A model generated the notes under the pieces. That model did not search any database, was not told where the DNA came from, and was given only the letters and a program-made list of their open reading frames with translations. Source: a virus. Taken from it: a stretch of DNA of 44,812 bases. Within the stretch, counting starts at the first letter, position 1. Every line of letters starts with the position of its first letter. Shown here in pieces: positions 7,657 through 15,999 of the stretch. Location of the stretch: the IMG/VR virus record IMGVR_UViG_3300045988_116818, positions 1 through 44,812 of that record. One strand, 5' to 3'. The position numbers and the translations under genes are program-made.

Positions 7657-8013
7657 ATGAAGCGGCTGAGTGATATTACTTCTGATATTGTCAATGATCT
7701 GTATGAAAACTCTGATTGGTACGGCGACTACTCTTTGATAGAAGCTGCCATTAATCGCCTTGCCGCCTACGAGGACACCGGCCTAGAGCCGGAAGGCGTA
7801 GTCCATCTTGCGGAATGCTGGCAGCAGGAACACGAAACACTATGCCAATACCTCGCTCTCGGTTCCATTGACCGCCTCCGCGAACTGGCCCAAGCGCACA
7901 AGGAAAATCGGGTATTGCCTGAGGGAAGTGGCTGGTTTGTTACATGCAATGGAAAGAAGCTAACTATTGTTATGGATATTGAGGCCGCAATACGGAGGGA
8001 GCAGGATGGATAA
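7657..8013 (+). CDS. Hypothetical protein
   Basis: GAGGAGG RBS lies upstream of ATG 7657. Confidence 0.6.
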   Translation: MKRLSDITSDIVNDLYENSDWYGDYSLIEAAINRLAAYEDTGLEPEGVVHLAECWQQEHETLCQYLALGSIDRLRELAQAHKENRVLPEGSGWFVTCNGKKLTIVMDIEAAIRREQDG

Positions 8014-8308
8014 ATACGTTTCTGTCGCTGAGATTCGGGCAGACGTTGAATGGTTACAAAGCCAAGGAGTCCGAGACTTGGATTTGAGAGAAGTTTTGGA
8101 GCGCATAGAGTTATTGATCCCCGCCGCCGACGTTGCGGAGGTGCGGCACGGGAGATGGGAAAAGTTTGTAACTGCAAGCGGAATTATTTCAAGAGTTAGG
8201 TGTTCTGTTTGCGCTGGAACACAATCGCTGAAATTTGAGAGTATGCCATACTGTCCGACGTGCGGCGCTCGCATGGATAAGGAGGCCGACCATGAAGTTT
8301 CGGAGTAA
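8006..8308 (+). CDS. Hypothetical zinc-ribbon protein
   Basis: Cys pairs CSVC ... CPTC. The start overlaps the upstream stop. Confidence 0.6.
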   Translation: MDKYVSVAEIRADVEWLQSQGVRDLDLREVLERIELLIPAADVAEVRHGRWEKFVTASGIISRVRCSVCAGTQSLKFESMPYCPTCGARMDKEADHEVSE

Positions 8309-8933
8309 GACGGGGGAAGTGCTTGAAACTCATTGCGAAATCTGCGGAGCTGGGAGCTCTCCCTGCAAATTAGAGTACCTTGGAGCACCATGTGGGATGC
8401 TTAGGGGCAAATCAGCATACTTTGTTGCCCGCCTGATGGGCTATGAGGTGGTGGAGGATGATGAACCATCCGGAAATCCCGGACAGTTGGAGGAAGCTTG
8501 CATAATGGAATGCCCTGTTTGCGGAAAAGAGTTTGACATTCATTTGGAGGAGGCCAACATGGACAAGCCGTTGAAGGAGTGGACACTGGGGGAACTGAAA
8601 GAGTGGTGTTATCAATACAGAAAGTCCCACACAAATAAGCCGTGCGAACAGATCTGCCCTATCTATCAGAGAGGGATTTGCTGTCGTGAATGGGTACATG
8701 AGTGGGATTTGGAGGAAAAGCCCCGCTGGACGGAGCAGGAGGTGGAACTTTTTAGGGCAATTCAAGTGCTTTACCCTAAAGCGGAGTATGTAGAAAGGAT
8801 TAAGGATAGCGGAGTAATCGGATTGAGTAACAATACATGTGGATGGATAACGGACATTGATAAAGACTTGTTCCCGGCCATCCGTCCCGGCGAATCCGTC
8901 AAGCTGGACGAGATCATAGGAGGTGCCAAATGA
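8292..8933 (+). CDS. Hypothetical Cys-rich protein
   Basis: Cys pairs CEIC, CPVC and others. ORF in the early operon. Confidence 0.6.
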   Translation: MKFRSKTGEVLETHCEICGAGSSPCKLEYLGAPCGMLRGKSAYFVARLMGYEVVEDDEPSGNPGQLEEACIMECPVCGKEFDIHLEEANMDKPLKEWTLGELKEWCYQYRKSHTNKPCEQICPIYQRGICCREWVHEWDLEEKPRWTEQEVELFRAIQVLYPKAEYVERIKDSGVIGLSNNTCGWITDIDKDLFPAIRPGESVKLDEIIGGAK

Positions 8934-9277
8934 GCAACAATGACCAGCAAGCCAAAGCCGACGCGTGGACTCTCTCAAAGAATGGGATGATCTCTACCAA
9001 CAAGGAAGGCGGGCAACAGCATGCAAGACCTTATCGCTCTGAATGGCTCCCGCCCCGTGCCCTCTTGGCGGTATCACATGTGCGCTGGGAATCCGAGGCG
9101 GTGCATGGTTACAGTGAGGAGAACTATAAACTCATTCCGGCAAAGGAGCATGTTGGGCGGGCGATCACGCATCTTCTGGCGTGGCTGGCAGGTGACACCT
9201 CAAATGACCATCTGTCGCACGCTGCCACACGGGTATTGTTCGCACTGGAAATGGAGGAGGAAAGCAAAGATGAATAG
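8930..9277 (+). CDS. DUF5664-like protein (related to the N-terminal domain of dATP/dGTP diphosphohydrolases)
   Basis: The pattern [12 protein letters not shown]...[10 protein letters not shown]...[34 protein letters not shown] resembles that family. Recalled by eye only. Confidence 0.45.
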   Translation: MSNNDQQAKADAWTLSKNGMISTNKEGGQQHARPYRSEWLPPRALLAVSHVRWESEAVHGYSEENYKLIPAKEHVGRAITHLLAWLAGDTSNDHLSHAATRVLFALEMEEESKDE

Positions 9278-9704
9278 AGAAATCCTTTTCAAAGCCAAGC
9301 GGCTGAGTGATGGCGAATGGGTAGAGGGAAACATTGTGAATGTCCCGGCAGATGCCGACTTTATGCCGGGAGCGTACATTCTGCCACGGTTGGTTTCAGC
9401 CAGGGCAGACCCGCCCACAAAAGGTATTATGCTTGGTGGGTTCTTTGAGGTTGCCCCCTCCACGGTATGCCAGTATACCGGCCTGACCGACAAGAATGGG
9501 AAAATTTTTGAGGGAGATATCATCCGCTGGACGAACTGGAAGGGCGAACAAAAAGAAGCCCCTGTATGCTATGACCCAGAGTGGAATAGATTTTGCGTTT
9601 GGCTGAATGGCGCTGAAAGTATGGGCGTAAATAAGCATCTTTCAACTGGCGGAATTGAGATCATCGGCAACATCTACGACGGGGAGGGCGGCAATGATGA
9701 TTAA
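9270..9704 (+). CDS. YopX-family protein
   Basis: [20 protein letters not shown] ... [22 protein letters not shown] ... IEIIGNIYD is the classic YopX pattern. Confidence 0.85.
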   Translation: MNREILFKAKRLSDGEWVEGNIVNVPADADFMPGAYILPRLVSARADPPTKGIMLGGFFEVAPSTVCQYTGLTDKNGKIFEGDIIRWTNWKGEQKEAPVCYDPEWNRFCVWLNGAESMGVNKHLSTGGIEIIGNIYDGEGGNDD

Positions 9705-9900
9705 ACTGCTCCTTTTCCTGGGCATCATCCTGTCCATTGTCAAAGCAAATGGATGGTTTGTGGTGCCGATGCCTGTCTTGGTTTTCTGCTGGGTAGGAAG
9801 CTTCGTTTGCTGGCTGATTTATTCCTATGCCCTTGGTGTGGGTGAAGGAGCTGCAAAAGAGATGAAAAAGAAAGTCCACGGCGGGGAGGGCGGGCAATGA
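9694..9900 (+). CDS. Small two-TM membrane protein
   Basis: Two hydrophobic stretches: [16 protein letters not shown]...VVPMPVLVFCWVGSFVCWLIYSYALGV. Confidence 0.55.
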   Translation: MMIKLLLFLGIILSIVKANGWFVVPMPVLVFCWVGSFVCWLIYSYALGVGEGAAKEMKKKVHGGEGGQ

Positions 9901-10304
9901 CAAAAGAAGAATCACTGGCATGGGTGAAATCGTTAAAGCCGGGAGATATCGTGATATACAGCGGGTTTGGGGTTGCGGGAAGGATTCAAACTGCCAAAGT
10001 AGAAAAAGTCACTCCATCTGGTATTGTCAGGACCAATCGGGGCAGTTTTAAAGAATCTCCATGGAGCTGGTCTGGAAGAGTAGGCGGCTATGGGAAAACA
10101 CCTGGAGAGATTAGCCCGCCAACGGCAGAATTGCTTATCGAGGCAGAGCTTCAAGAAGCGGAAGATGCTGCTGAGAAGAAGCGGCGAGACACCATCTACA
10201 AGGCGCGGAACCTGATTTCCGAACTATATTATAATAGATTCCGTATCGACTATGACACGGCAGTTGAGATAATCAATGTGTTAGAGAGGTGGCGGACAGC
10301 ATGA
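9897..10304 (+). CDS. Hypothetical protein
   Basis: ATGA-coupled ORF. Confidence 0.6.
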   Translation: MTKEESLAWVKSLKPGDIVIYSGFGVAGRIQTAKVEKVTPSGIVRTNRGSFKESPWSWSGRVGGYGKTPGEISPPTAELLIEAELQEAEDAAEKKRRDTIYKARNLISELYYNRFRIDYDTAVEIINVLERWRTA

Positions 10305-10546
10305 GTGAGTGGATTCGCGTCAAGGAGAGGCTTCCGGAAAAGGATGGATGGTATTTGGTCTATGCCCCTAGATATTGGGGTAACAGCAAAATTTATGGAC
10401 TTGATGGCCTTGCATATGCCAACTTTAAACACAACTACAAAGATCACTGGGGAATCGAAAGAGGAACGGGGAGAGGATGGCCTGGGATTGTCACCCACTG
10501 GATGCACCTCCCCGAACCACCAAAGGAGAATCAGCAGCATGAGTAA
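10301..10546 (+). CDS. DUF551-domain protein
   Basis: SEWIRVKERLPEKDGWYLV...THWMHLPEPP matches the DUF551 pattern W.....LP....V.....W..LP.PP. Confidence 0.7.
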   Translation: MSEWIRVKERLPEKDGWYLVYAPRYWGNSKIYGLDGLAYANFKHNYKDHWGIERGTGRGWPGIVTHWMHLPEPPKENQQHE

Positions 10547-10820
10547 AAAAGTCAACCCCCGCAGACAGCCGGCGTCAAAGGCAGATGTAAAACGGGCTGA
10601 GCTTCGTGGGCGGGATGATGGCATCAAATTCGCAAGCGCTCTATTTTTGATGGCCCTGCGCGATAAGGAGGGCTTTGATCTGGAAGCTCTGCAAAAGGTC
10701 TGGAAAGAGGTTGGAGACTTGGCGGACAGCATTGCGGAAGGCTATTGCAGCATCGAGGATTTACATACCGTCTTAGAGTCCGAAGCGGGCGCTAGAATTG
10801 TGGGAGGGATAGCCACATGA
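10539..10820 (+). CDS. Hypothetical protein
   Basis: ORF overlaps the upstream stop. The 10305 start in the track was rejected. Confidence 0.55.
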   Translation: MSKKVNPRRQPASKADVKRAELRGRDDGIKFASALFLMALRDKEGFDLEALQKVWKEVGDLADSIAEGYCSIEDLHTVLESEAGARIVGGIAT

Positions 10821-10954
10821 CCGAATGGTGTCTTGCCCATCCGTGGATGACCTTTTTCTTGCTGACTTTTGCTCTGCTCGTCATCGACGAAATAGTATGC
10901 GCGATTGCTAATGCCATTGCAAGCAAGAACAGAGACAAGCATGAGGAGGGATAG
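10817..10954 (+). CDS. Small membrane protein (45 aa)
   Basis: Manual translation: MTEWCLAHPWMTFFLLTFALLVIDEIVCAIANAIASKNRDKHEEG. ATGA overlap. Confidence 0.4.
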   Translation: MTEWCLAHPWMTFFLLTFALLVIDEIVCAIANAIASKNRDKHEEG

Positions 10955-10957
10955 CCC

Positions 10958-11188
10958 TTGAATGAGTTCCCGGATAGGCTGAGGAGGCTGAGGGAGAGTA
11001 TGCGGCCAGTTCGGAGTATGACAGTTACATCACAGCTGATGGGGCTGCACCCTGATATGTTAAGACGATATGAGCGGGGAGAAGTAGAGCCCTCAATGGA
11101 TGCGCTTTACAAGATCGCGGATTACTATGGAGTCAGCACTGACTATCTGCTGGGGCGGACAAATTTCCCGTTTGTACACAGGCTATAA
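10958..11188 (+). CDS. XRE-family HTH protein (TTG start), last gene before the terminase region
   Basis: The pattern RLRRLRESM...LMGLHPDMLRRYERGEVEPSMDALYKIADYYGVSTDYLLGR is typical of HTH_3. Confidence 0.75.
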   Translation: MNEFPDRLRRLRESMRPVRSMTVTSQLMGLHPDMLRRYERGEVEPSMDALYKIADYYGVSTDYLLGRTNFPFVHRL

Positions 11189-11344
11189 CTTTTCATCATC
11201 TCAAAAATATAAGGCGGTAATTCCCACAAAAGTGGGAGCAGAAAAGTCAATGTATGGGAAAATGGGAGTGTGGGGGCGTATCTCTGCACTCCCACTCCTT
11301 TTCCCCTCTGCCCGGAGGTTCACCTCCGCCTCCGGGCCTCCTAT

Positions 11345-11423
11345 GCCCTTGTAGCCCAGTAGGTAGAGCGGCCCAGGAATATGGGTGATTGAAGCGTCGC
11401 CGGTTCGAGTCCGGTCAAGGGCA
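11345..11423 (+). tRNA. tRNA-like cloverleaf with an aberrant anticodon arm (possible pseudo-tRNA or part of a larger ncRNA)
   Basis: Acceptor GCCCTTG/CAAGGGC is a perfect 7 bp. The D arm GCCC-AGTAGGTA-GAGC and T arm GCCGG-TTCGAGT-CCGGT are canonical. The anticodon stem GCCCA/TGGGT closes only 6 nt (GGAATA) with no U33. The variable region is 12 nt. Confidence 0.4.
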
Positions 11424-11746
11424 AATTTATACCCTTTTGGGGAACTAGATAAGCTGCTCCAAAGGCCACGGAGCTGGCAGTGGAAAGACACTATACCGGT
11501 AAGCCTACAGCGTCTGATGGAACCGGAGAAGAGACATGACGCCCGCCTGTCATGGAGGCGGAAGCGGTGGCAGCTATGACCTGCCCCGAAATGCGGGGTC
11601 GCTCCCATCCGTGGAAGCCGGACGCTTGTGTAGGGCGATAACTACCAGCGCTATCCCGCTGAAAACTGCCGTAGGACAGTGAAACTCCGAATGGAATGTA
11701 GCTGACTGATTGATGGTGTGACAATTTAAGCGAGAAGCGCACATAT
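11424..11746 (+). ncRNA. Structured spacer between the two cloverleaves (candidate core of a large phage ncRNA)
   Basis: There are no credible ORFs. Hairpin CATGAC/GTCATG (11535-11554) has loop CCGCC (11543-47) complementary to GGCGG (11557-61). A second hairpin is CCCCG/CGGGG (11584-98). Confidence 0.35.
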
Positions 11747-11820
11747 ACGGGTGTAGCTAAATGGAGAGCGCCGGTCTCCAAAACCGGAGGTTGGGGGAAC
11801 AGAGCCTTCCACCCGTGCCA
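11747..11820 (+). tRNA. tRNA-Trp(CCA)-like gene with a non-canonical T loop
   Basis: Acceptor ACGGGTG/CACCCGT is a perfect 7 bp. Anticodon arm CCGGT-CUCCAAA-ACCGG gives anticodon CCA at 11778-80. A 3' GCCA is encoded. The T arm GGGGG-AACAGAG-CCTTC has two G-U pairs and no TTC. Confidence 0.5.
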
Positions 11821-11962
11821 GGGCGCAAGTCCTTACAGAATTTCTTGGCGAAAGGCAAGTGAGAAAAGCCGAAAAACTCACAGCTCCCCCGCAAAGGGGG
11901 ATATGCCGCCCCGCAGTTGCGCGAGACGGGGGCGGGGCAAAAAATGACCGAGAGGTGGTGAC

Positions 11963-12352
11963 ATGCCGAATGAACAGAACCTTATACCGATGGACCGGCG
12001 AAGCAAGAGTGAAGCAAGAGAACTTGGGCGAGAAGGTGGCCGTGCATCCGGCGCGTCACGACGGCGAAAGCGTAGCCTGAGAGAAGCGGCAGATTTGTAC
12101 CTCTCTCTCCCGGTAGCGGATAAGCGGGCATGGAACAAGCTGGCCCGTGATGGCGTAGAACCGGAGGACGTGGATAACCAGATGGCAGTTATCGCTGGCC
12201 TGACCCTAAAGGCGGCCAAGGGCGACGCAAAGGCGGCGAAGGTGCTGTTTGACTTGTTGGGAGAGCAGGGGGCGGCGGGTGTCGGCAGTATGCAGGACAT
12301 GGACGACCCCATCACAAAAAGTCTAAAAGAGGAAGCACAGAATGGGATTTAG
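11963..12352 (+). CDS. terS: Terminase small subunit
   Basis: RSKSEARELGREGGRASGASRRRKRSL plus a C-terminal helical region. It overlaps the large subunit start. Confidence 0.8.
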   Translation: MPNEQNLIPMDRRSKSEARELGREGGRASGASRRRKRSLREAADLYLSLPVADKRAWNKLARDGVEPEDVDNQMAVIAGLTLKAAKGDAKAAKVLFDLLGEQGAAGVGSMQDMDDPITKSLKEEAQNGI

Positions 12353-13556
12353 CGAAAAACAAAAAGAGATCATGAGATTTCCGTACTCAAAATATGACGC
12401 ATTGATCTGCGACGGCGCGGTGCGAAGCGGGAAAACCTCTATCATGTCCCTGTCTTTCTTCCTGTGGGCGATGGGTAATTTCAACAACTGCGCATTTGCA
12501 TTCTGTGGAAAATCCGTGGGAGCGGTGGAGCGGAACATTGTGACGCCGCTGCTATCTGTGGTTTACCTGCAACAGAATTTTGACATTCGATACAACCGGG
12601 GTGATCATGTGATTATTGCCCGGCGCGGACACCGGGAGAACCGTATTTACCTGTTCGGCGGCAAGGACGAGAGCTCCTATACCCTGGTGCAGGGCGTGAC
12701 GCTGGCCGGGGTGCTGTTGGACGAAGTGGCGCTGATGCCGCGGTCTTTCGTGGAGCAGGCCCTTGCTCGGTGCTCTGTGAAAGGGGCCAAGCTGTGGTTC
12801 AACTGCAACCCGGAGAACCCGCAGCACTGGTTCCGACAGGAATGGATTTTGCGACCAGAGAAGCACAACGCACTGCATTTGCACTTTCTGATGGATGATA
12901 ACCCGGCGCTGGATGAGGCCACCAAAGAGCGCTATCGATCTATGTACAGCGGTCTATTTTACGAGCGTTATATCATGGGGCGCTGGGTCATGTCTGAGGG
13001 CTTGATCTACGATATGTTTGACCCGACGGAAAACGTGTACCGAGATCGGCCCGTTGGTATGTATGACCGCTCTCAACGATATATAGCCTGCGACTACGGA
13101 ACGACCAACCCGACGGTGTTTCTGGACATTTATGACGACGGAGAGATCATCCGGGTAGATCGGGAATATCGGTGGGACAGCCGGAAAGAGCGGCGGCAGA
13201 AAACAGATCAGGAGTACGCCGATGATTTCCTGGAGTTCATGGGGGAGAGAGATGCAACTGTGCTAGTAGACCCTTCCGCGGCGTCGTTTATCGTGGCCCT
13301 GCGGCAGCGCGGGGTTTATGTCCGAGAGGCAAACAATGATGTGTTGGACGGCATTCGGCGCATGAGTGTATTAGTAAAGCGTCGGGAATTGCTGGTGCAT
13401 GAGGAATGCAGCGGCTTTTTGGATGAGATCGGAACTTATATGTGGGACGACAAGGCGGCCATGCGCGGCGAGGAAAAGCCAGTCAAGCAGTGCGACCATG
13501 ACATGGACAGCTGCCGTTATTTTTGCAACTATCTTCCGAACTGGAGGTTTGAGTAG
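12342..13556 (+). CDS. terL: Terminase large subunit (PBSX/XtmB type)
   Basis: Walker A-like CDGAVRSGKTS, Walker B LLDEVALM, and a C-terminal nuclease region (ACDYGTTNPT...DHDMDSCRY). Confidence 0.93.
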   Translation: MGFSEKQKEIMRFPYSKYDALICDGAVRSGKTSIMSLSFFLWAMGNFNNCAFAFCGKSVGAVERNIVTPLLSVVYLQQNFDIRYNRGDHVIIARRGHRENRIYLFGGKDESSYTLVQGVTLAGVLLDEVALMPRSFVEQALARCSVKGAKLWFNCNPENPQHWFRQEWILRPEKHNALHLHFLMDDNPALDEATKERYRSMYSGLFYERYIMGRWVMSEGLIYDMFDPTENVYRDRPVGMYDRSQRYIACDYGTTNPTVFLDIYDDGEIIRVDREYRWDSRKERRQKTDQEYADDFLEFMGERDATVLVDPSAASFIVALRQRGVYVREANNDVLDGIRRMSVLVKRRELLVHEECSGFLDEIGTYMWDDKAAMRGEEKPVKQCDHDMDSCRYFCNYLPNWRFE

Positions 13557-15310
13557 TGTCCAGGCGAAACAGAAACCGCCCCAGAGGCGAACAACCGAAC
13601 ACAGAGGCGGTGACCATCCAAGACGCATTCAGCAATCCCTTGTTCCGCCTTGGTTGGGGAAGTCAGTCCCCACTAGAGGCCACGGAGTACCCGCTGACCC
13701 GCATGACAGACAACTATGCTTTGCTGAATAGCCTGTATCGCGATAATTGGGTGGTACAGAACGTGGTGGGCCTGATGGTGGATGACATGCTGCGGGAATG
13801 GTACGCCCTGAAAGGCAGCTACACCCCGGAAGCAACAAACGCATTAGAGCGTGTGGAGCAGGAGACACGCATCCGGGACCGCATCAACGAGGGCCTGCGG
13901 TGGGGACGCTTGTACGGAGGTGCCGCTGGACTGATCATGATTGATGGTCAGGACGACCTCTCCAAGCCCTTGGACATGGATATGATCTATCCCGGCAGTT
14001 TTAAAGGACTGTACATTCTCGACCGCTGGCAGGGGATTACGCCCAATATGAACTTAACCTTTGAGGGCGGAGACCCGGTACCGGAGAGCTATTCCATCAC
14101 CGATGCCCATGGGAATACGGTAGTCCATGTTCACCACTCCCGCGTAGTTCGATTTACCGGCCGGGACCTGCCGTATTTGGAGCGGGTAGCAGAGATGTAC
14201 TGGGGAGAGTCCGAAGTAGAATCGCTGTACAAGGACGTGACAGCCCACGATAACGTATCGGCCAACATGGCGGCTCTCACTTTCCAAGCTAACATCAACA
14301 CAATGGAGGTCAAGGGGCTGGAACAGCTGTTCTCAATCGGCTCCAGTCAGGCCCAGCGACGGTTCTGGAATGTCATGCAGGCACAATCCGTTATGAGGTC
14401 CAACTTCGGCACTCAGCTCGTGGAACAGGGCAATCAGATCAAGAATACTCAGTACACCTTTACTGGACTGCAAGAGGTCTACGAGTCCATGTGCCTGAAC
14501 TTGTGTGGTGCCTCTCACTACCCCATGACAAAACTGTTCGGGCGGTCTCCGGCGGGCATGAACGCCACCGGGGAAAGCGACCTGAAAAACTACTACGACT
14601 ATGTGGACAGCCAGCGAGAGGCCAAGCTGCGGCCCGCCCTGCAAAAGATATTGCCAGTGCTGTGTATGAGCGCATGGGGATTTGTACCGGACGATTTAGA
14701 TTTTACATTCCCACCCCTGTGGACCCCCACGGCCACCGAGACGGCAGAGATTGCGCTGAAAAAGGCCCAGGCCATCCGGGACACCTTCCAGGCCGGGTTG
14801 TTCCAGGCGGACACCGCCATGAAGGAGCTGAAAAAGCTGGAAGAGGAAACCGGGATGTTCGGCAGTATCAGCGACCAGGAGATCGCCGCCAACGCGGGGA
14901 AGACCTACCAGGATGTGACGGCCCTGCGGGACCCATTGATGGGACTGGGATATGAGTCGCCCGAAAGGGAAACAGGAGGAGAGGAAGCCACCCCTTTTGA
15001 GGGGACCGTCCAGGACGCGGCTGCGCAGGACTACAGCCCAAACCAGCCCCGGGACAAGAATGGCAGATGGACAAGCGGCGGCGGGAATGGTAAAATAGGA
15101 AAGACAAAGTACGCGCCGTCTCCCCAAAGGAAGCATGGGGGGATTCAGTTGAAGCCCAAAACCTACGCCCGGCTGACGGGGGTACTGAACACCAGGTTCC
15201 CCAATTTGCCAGAAGGTGCGATCCGGCAAATACGAGATGCGAAGCATGTATACCAAATCAGAGCAGACGGATATGGCGGATTTGAATTGCTGTCTAAGCG
15301 GAAGATATAG
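13556..15310 (+). CDS. Portal protein (DUF1073 family), GTG start
   Basis: The N-terminal FSNPLFRLGWGSQSP...DNYALLNSLYRDNWVVQNVV is typical of DUF1073 portals. It sits immediately after terL. Confidence 0.88.
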   Translation: MSRRNRNRPRGEQPNTEAVTIQDAFSNPLFRLGWGSQSPLEATEYPLTRMTDNYALLNSLYRDNWVVQNVVGLMVDDMLREWYALKGSYTPEATNALERVEQETRIRDRINEGLRWGRLYGGAAGLIMIDGQDDLSKPLDMDMIYPGSFKGLYILDRWQGITPNMNLTFEGGDPVPESYSITDAHGNTVVHVHHSRVVRFTGRDLPYLERVAEMYWGESEVESLYKDVTAHDNVSANMAALTFQANINTMEVKGLEQLFSIGSSQAQRRFWNVMQAQSVMRSNFGTQLVEQGNQIKNTQYTFTGLQEVYESMCLNLCGASHYPMTKLFGRSPAGMNATGESDLKNYYDYVDSQREAKLRPALQKILPVLCMSAWGFVPDDLDFTFPPLWTPTATETAEIALKKAQAIRDTFQAGLFQADTAMKELKKLEEETGMFGSISDQEIAANAGKTYQDVTALRDPLMGLGYESPERETGGEEATPFEGTVQDAAAQDYSPNQPRDKNGRWTSGGGNGKIGKTKYAPSPQRKHGGIQLKPKTYARLTGVLNTRFPNLPEGAIRQIRDAKHVYQIRADGYGGFELLSKRKI

Positions 15311-15322
15311 GGGGATATAAGG

Positions 15323-15580
15323 ATGGAGCAATCGATTGTAGATGAATTATGGGAAGCATTACGCCCGTTCATCAAAGAACACTCATTGAAAAAAGACACT
15401 GTTTTAGAAGAAGATGTGGAAATGCTTATCGGCAGTGCAGTCGCGTTCCATGTGGAAGACAGACTGCTGGATGAGGTAAGAGCCCATCCTGACAGCGTGT
15501 TTTGGGATTTTCTGAGAACGATTCCAGAGGGTGTTCCCCCGGGGCAGGAGGATATTCTGGAAGACGACGAGGACGACTAA
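15323..15580 (+). CDS. Hypothetical acidic protein
   Basis: Same-strand ORF after the portal gene. Acidic C-terminus EDILEDDEDD. Confidence 0.55.
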   Translation: MEQSIVDELWEALRPFIKEHSLKKDTVLEEDVEMLIGSAVAFHVEDRLLDEVRAHPDSVFWDFLRTIPEGVPPGQEDILEDDEDD

Positions 15581-15683
15581 ATGCCCACCATGAGGGAAGT
15601 GTTCGCATTGCAGAGGTACACTGGTTTCAAGAACCAAGCGTTGGGATTGTGTCCCCGTTTGTAAAGAGATGGAGGTAATTCAC

Positions 15684-15884
15684 ATGAAAATTGAATATCT
15701 TGCTGAAGATATCCCCATGGCATTGACCAAAGGAAAGATATATGAAGTGATTGCCTTAGAAAAAGGCCCCGACCTAGTCAAGGGGAAAGGGGAAATCGAC
15801 TGGCTTCGTATTGTGTGCGACAGTGGGGAGGATTACTTGTTTCAACTGATGGAAAACCAAGATTATAGACTTGTAGAGGCCTAA
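15684..15884 (+). CDS. Hypothetical protein
   Basis: GGAGG RBS lies 8 nt upstream of ATG 15684. Confidence 0.5.
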   Translation: MKIEYLAEDIPMALTKGKIYEVIALEKGPDLVKGKGEIDWLRIVCDSGEDYLFQLMENQDYRLVEA

Positions 15885-15930
15885 AAGCGGTTGGAATGAT
15901 ACAGGCAAGAGTGAAGAGGCGGAGATAGCT

Positions 15931-15999
15931 ATGAGAGTAAAGTATACAGGAGAAGATTACCTGTACCATAGTGCGAACCTTGAGAGCGTAACCAAGTAA
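15931..15999 (+). CDS. Possible 22-aa ORF abutting the MuF gene start
   Basis: Manual translation: MRVKYTGEDYLYHSANLESVTK. TAA is followed directly by ATG 16000. Weak evidence. Confidence 0.25.
   Translation: MRVKYTGEDYLYHSANLESVTK

Noticed and set aside
11100-12315. Six-frame ORFs inside the large non-coding region: 11100..11354, 11201..11608(-), 11385..11579, 11491..11781(-), 11859..12080 and 11878..12315(-).
   Set aside because: They mutually overlap on both strands and lack RBSs. Their translations are low complexity, and they coincide with cloverleaf/hairpin structures or with the terS frame.
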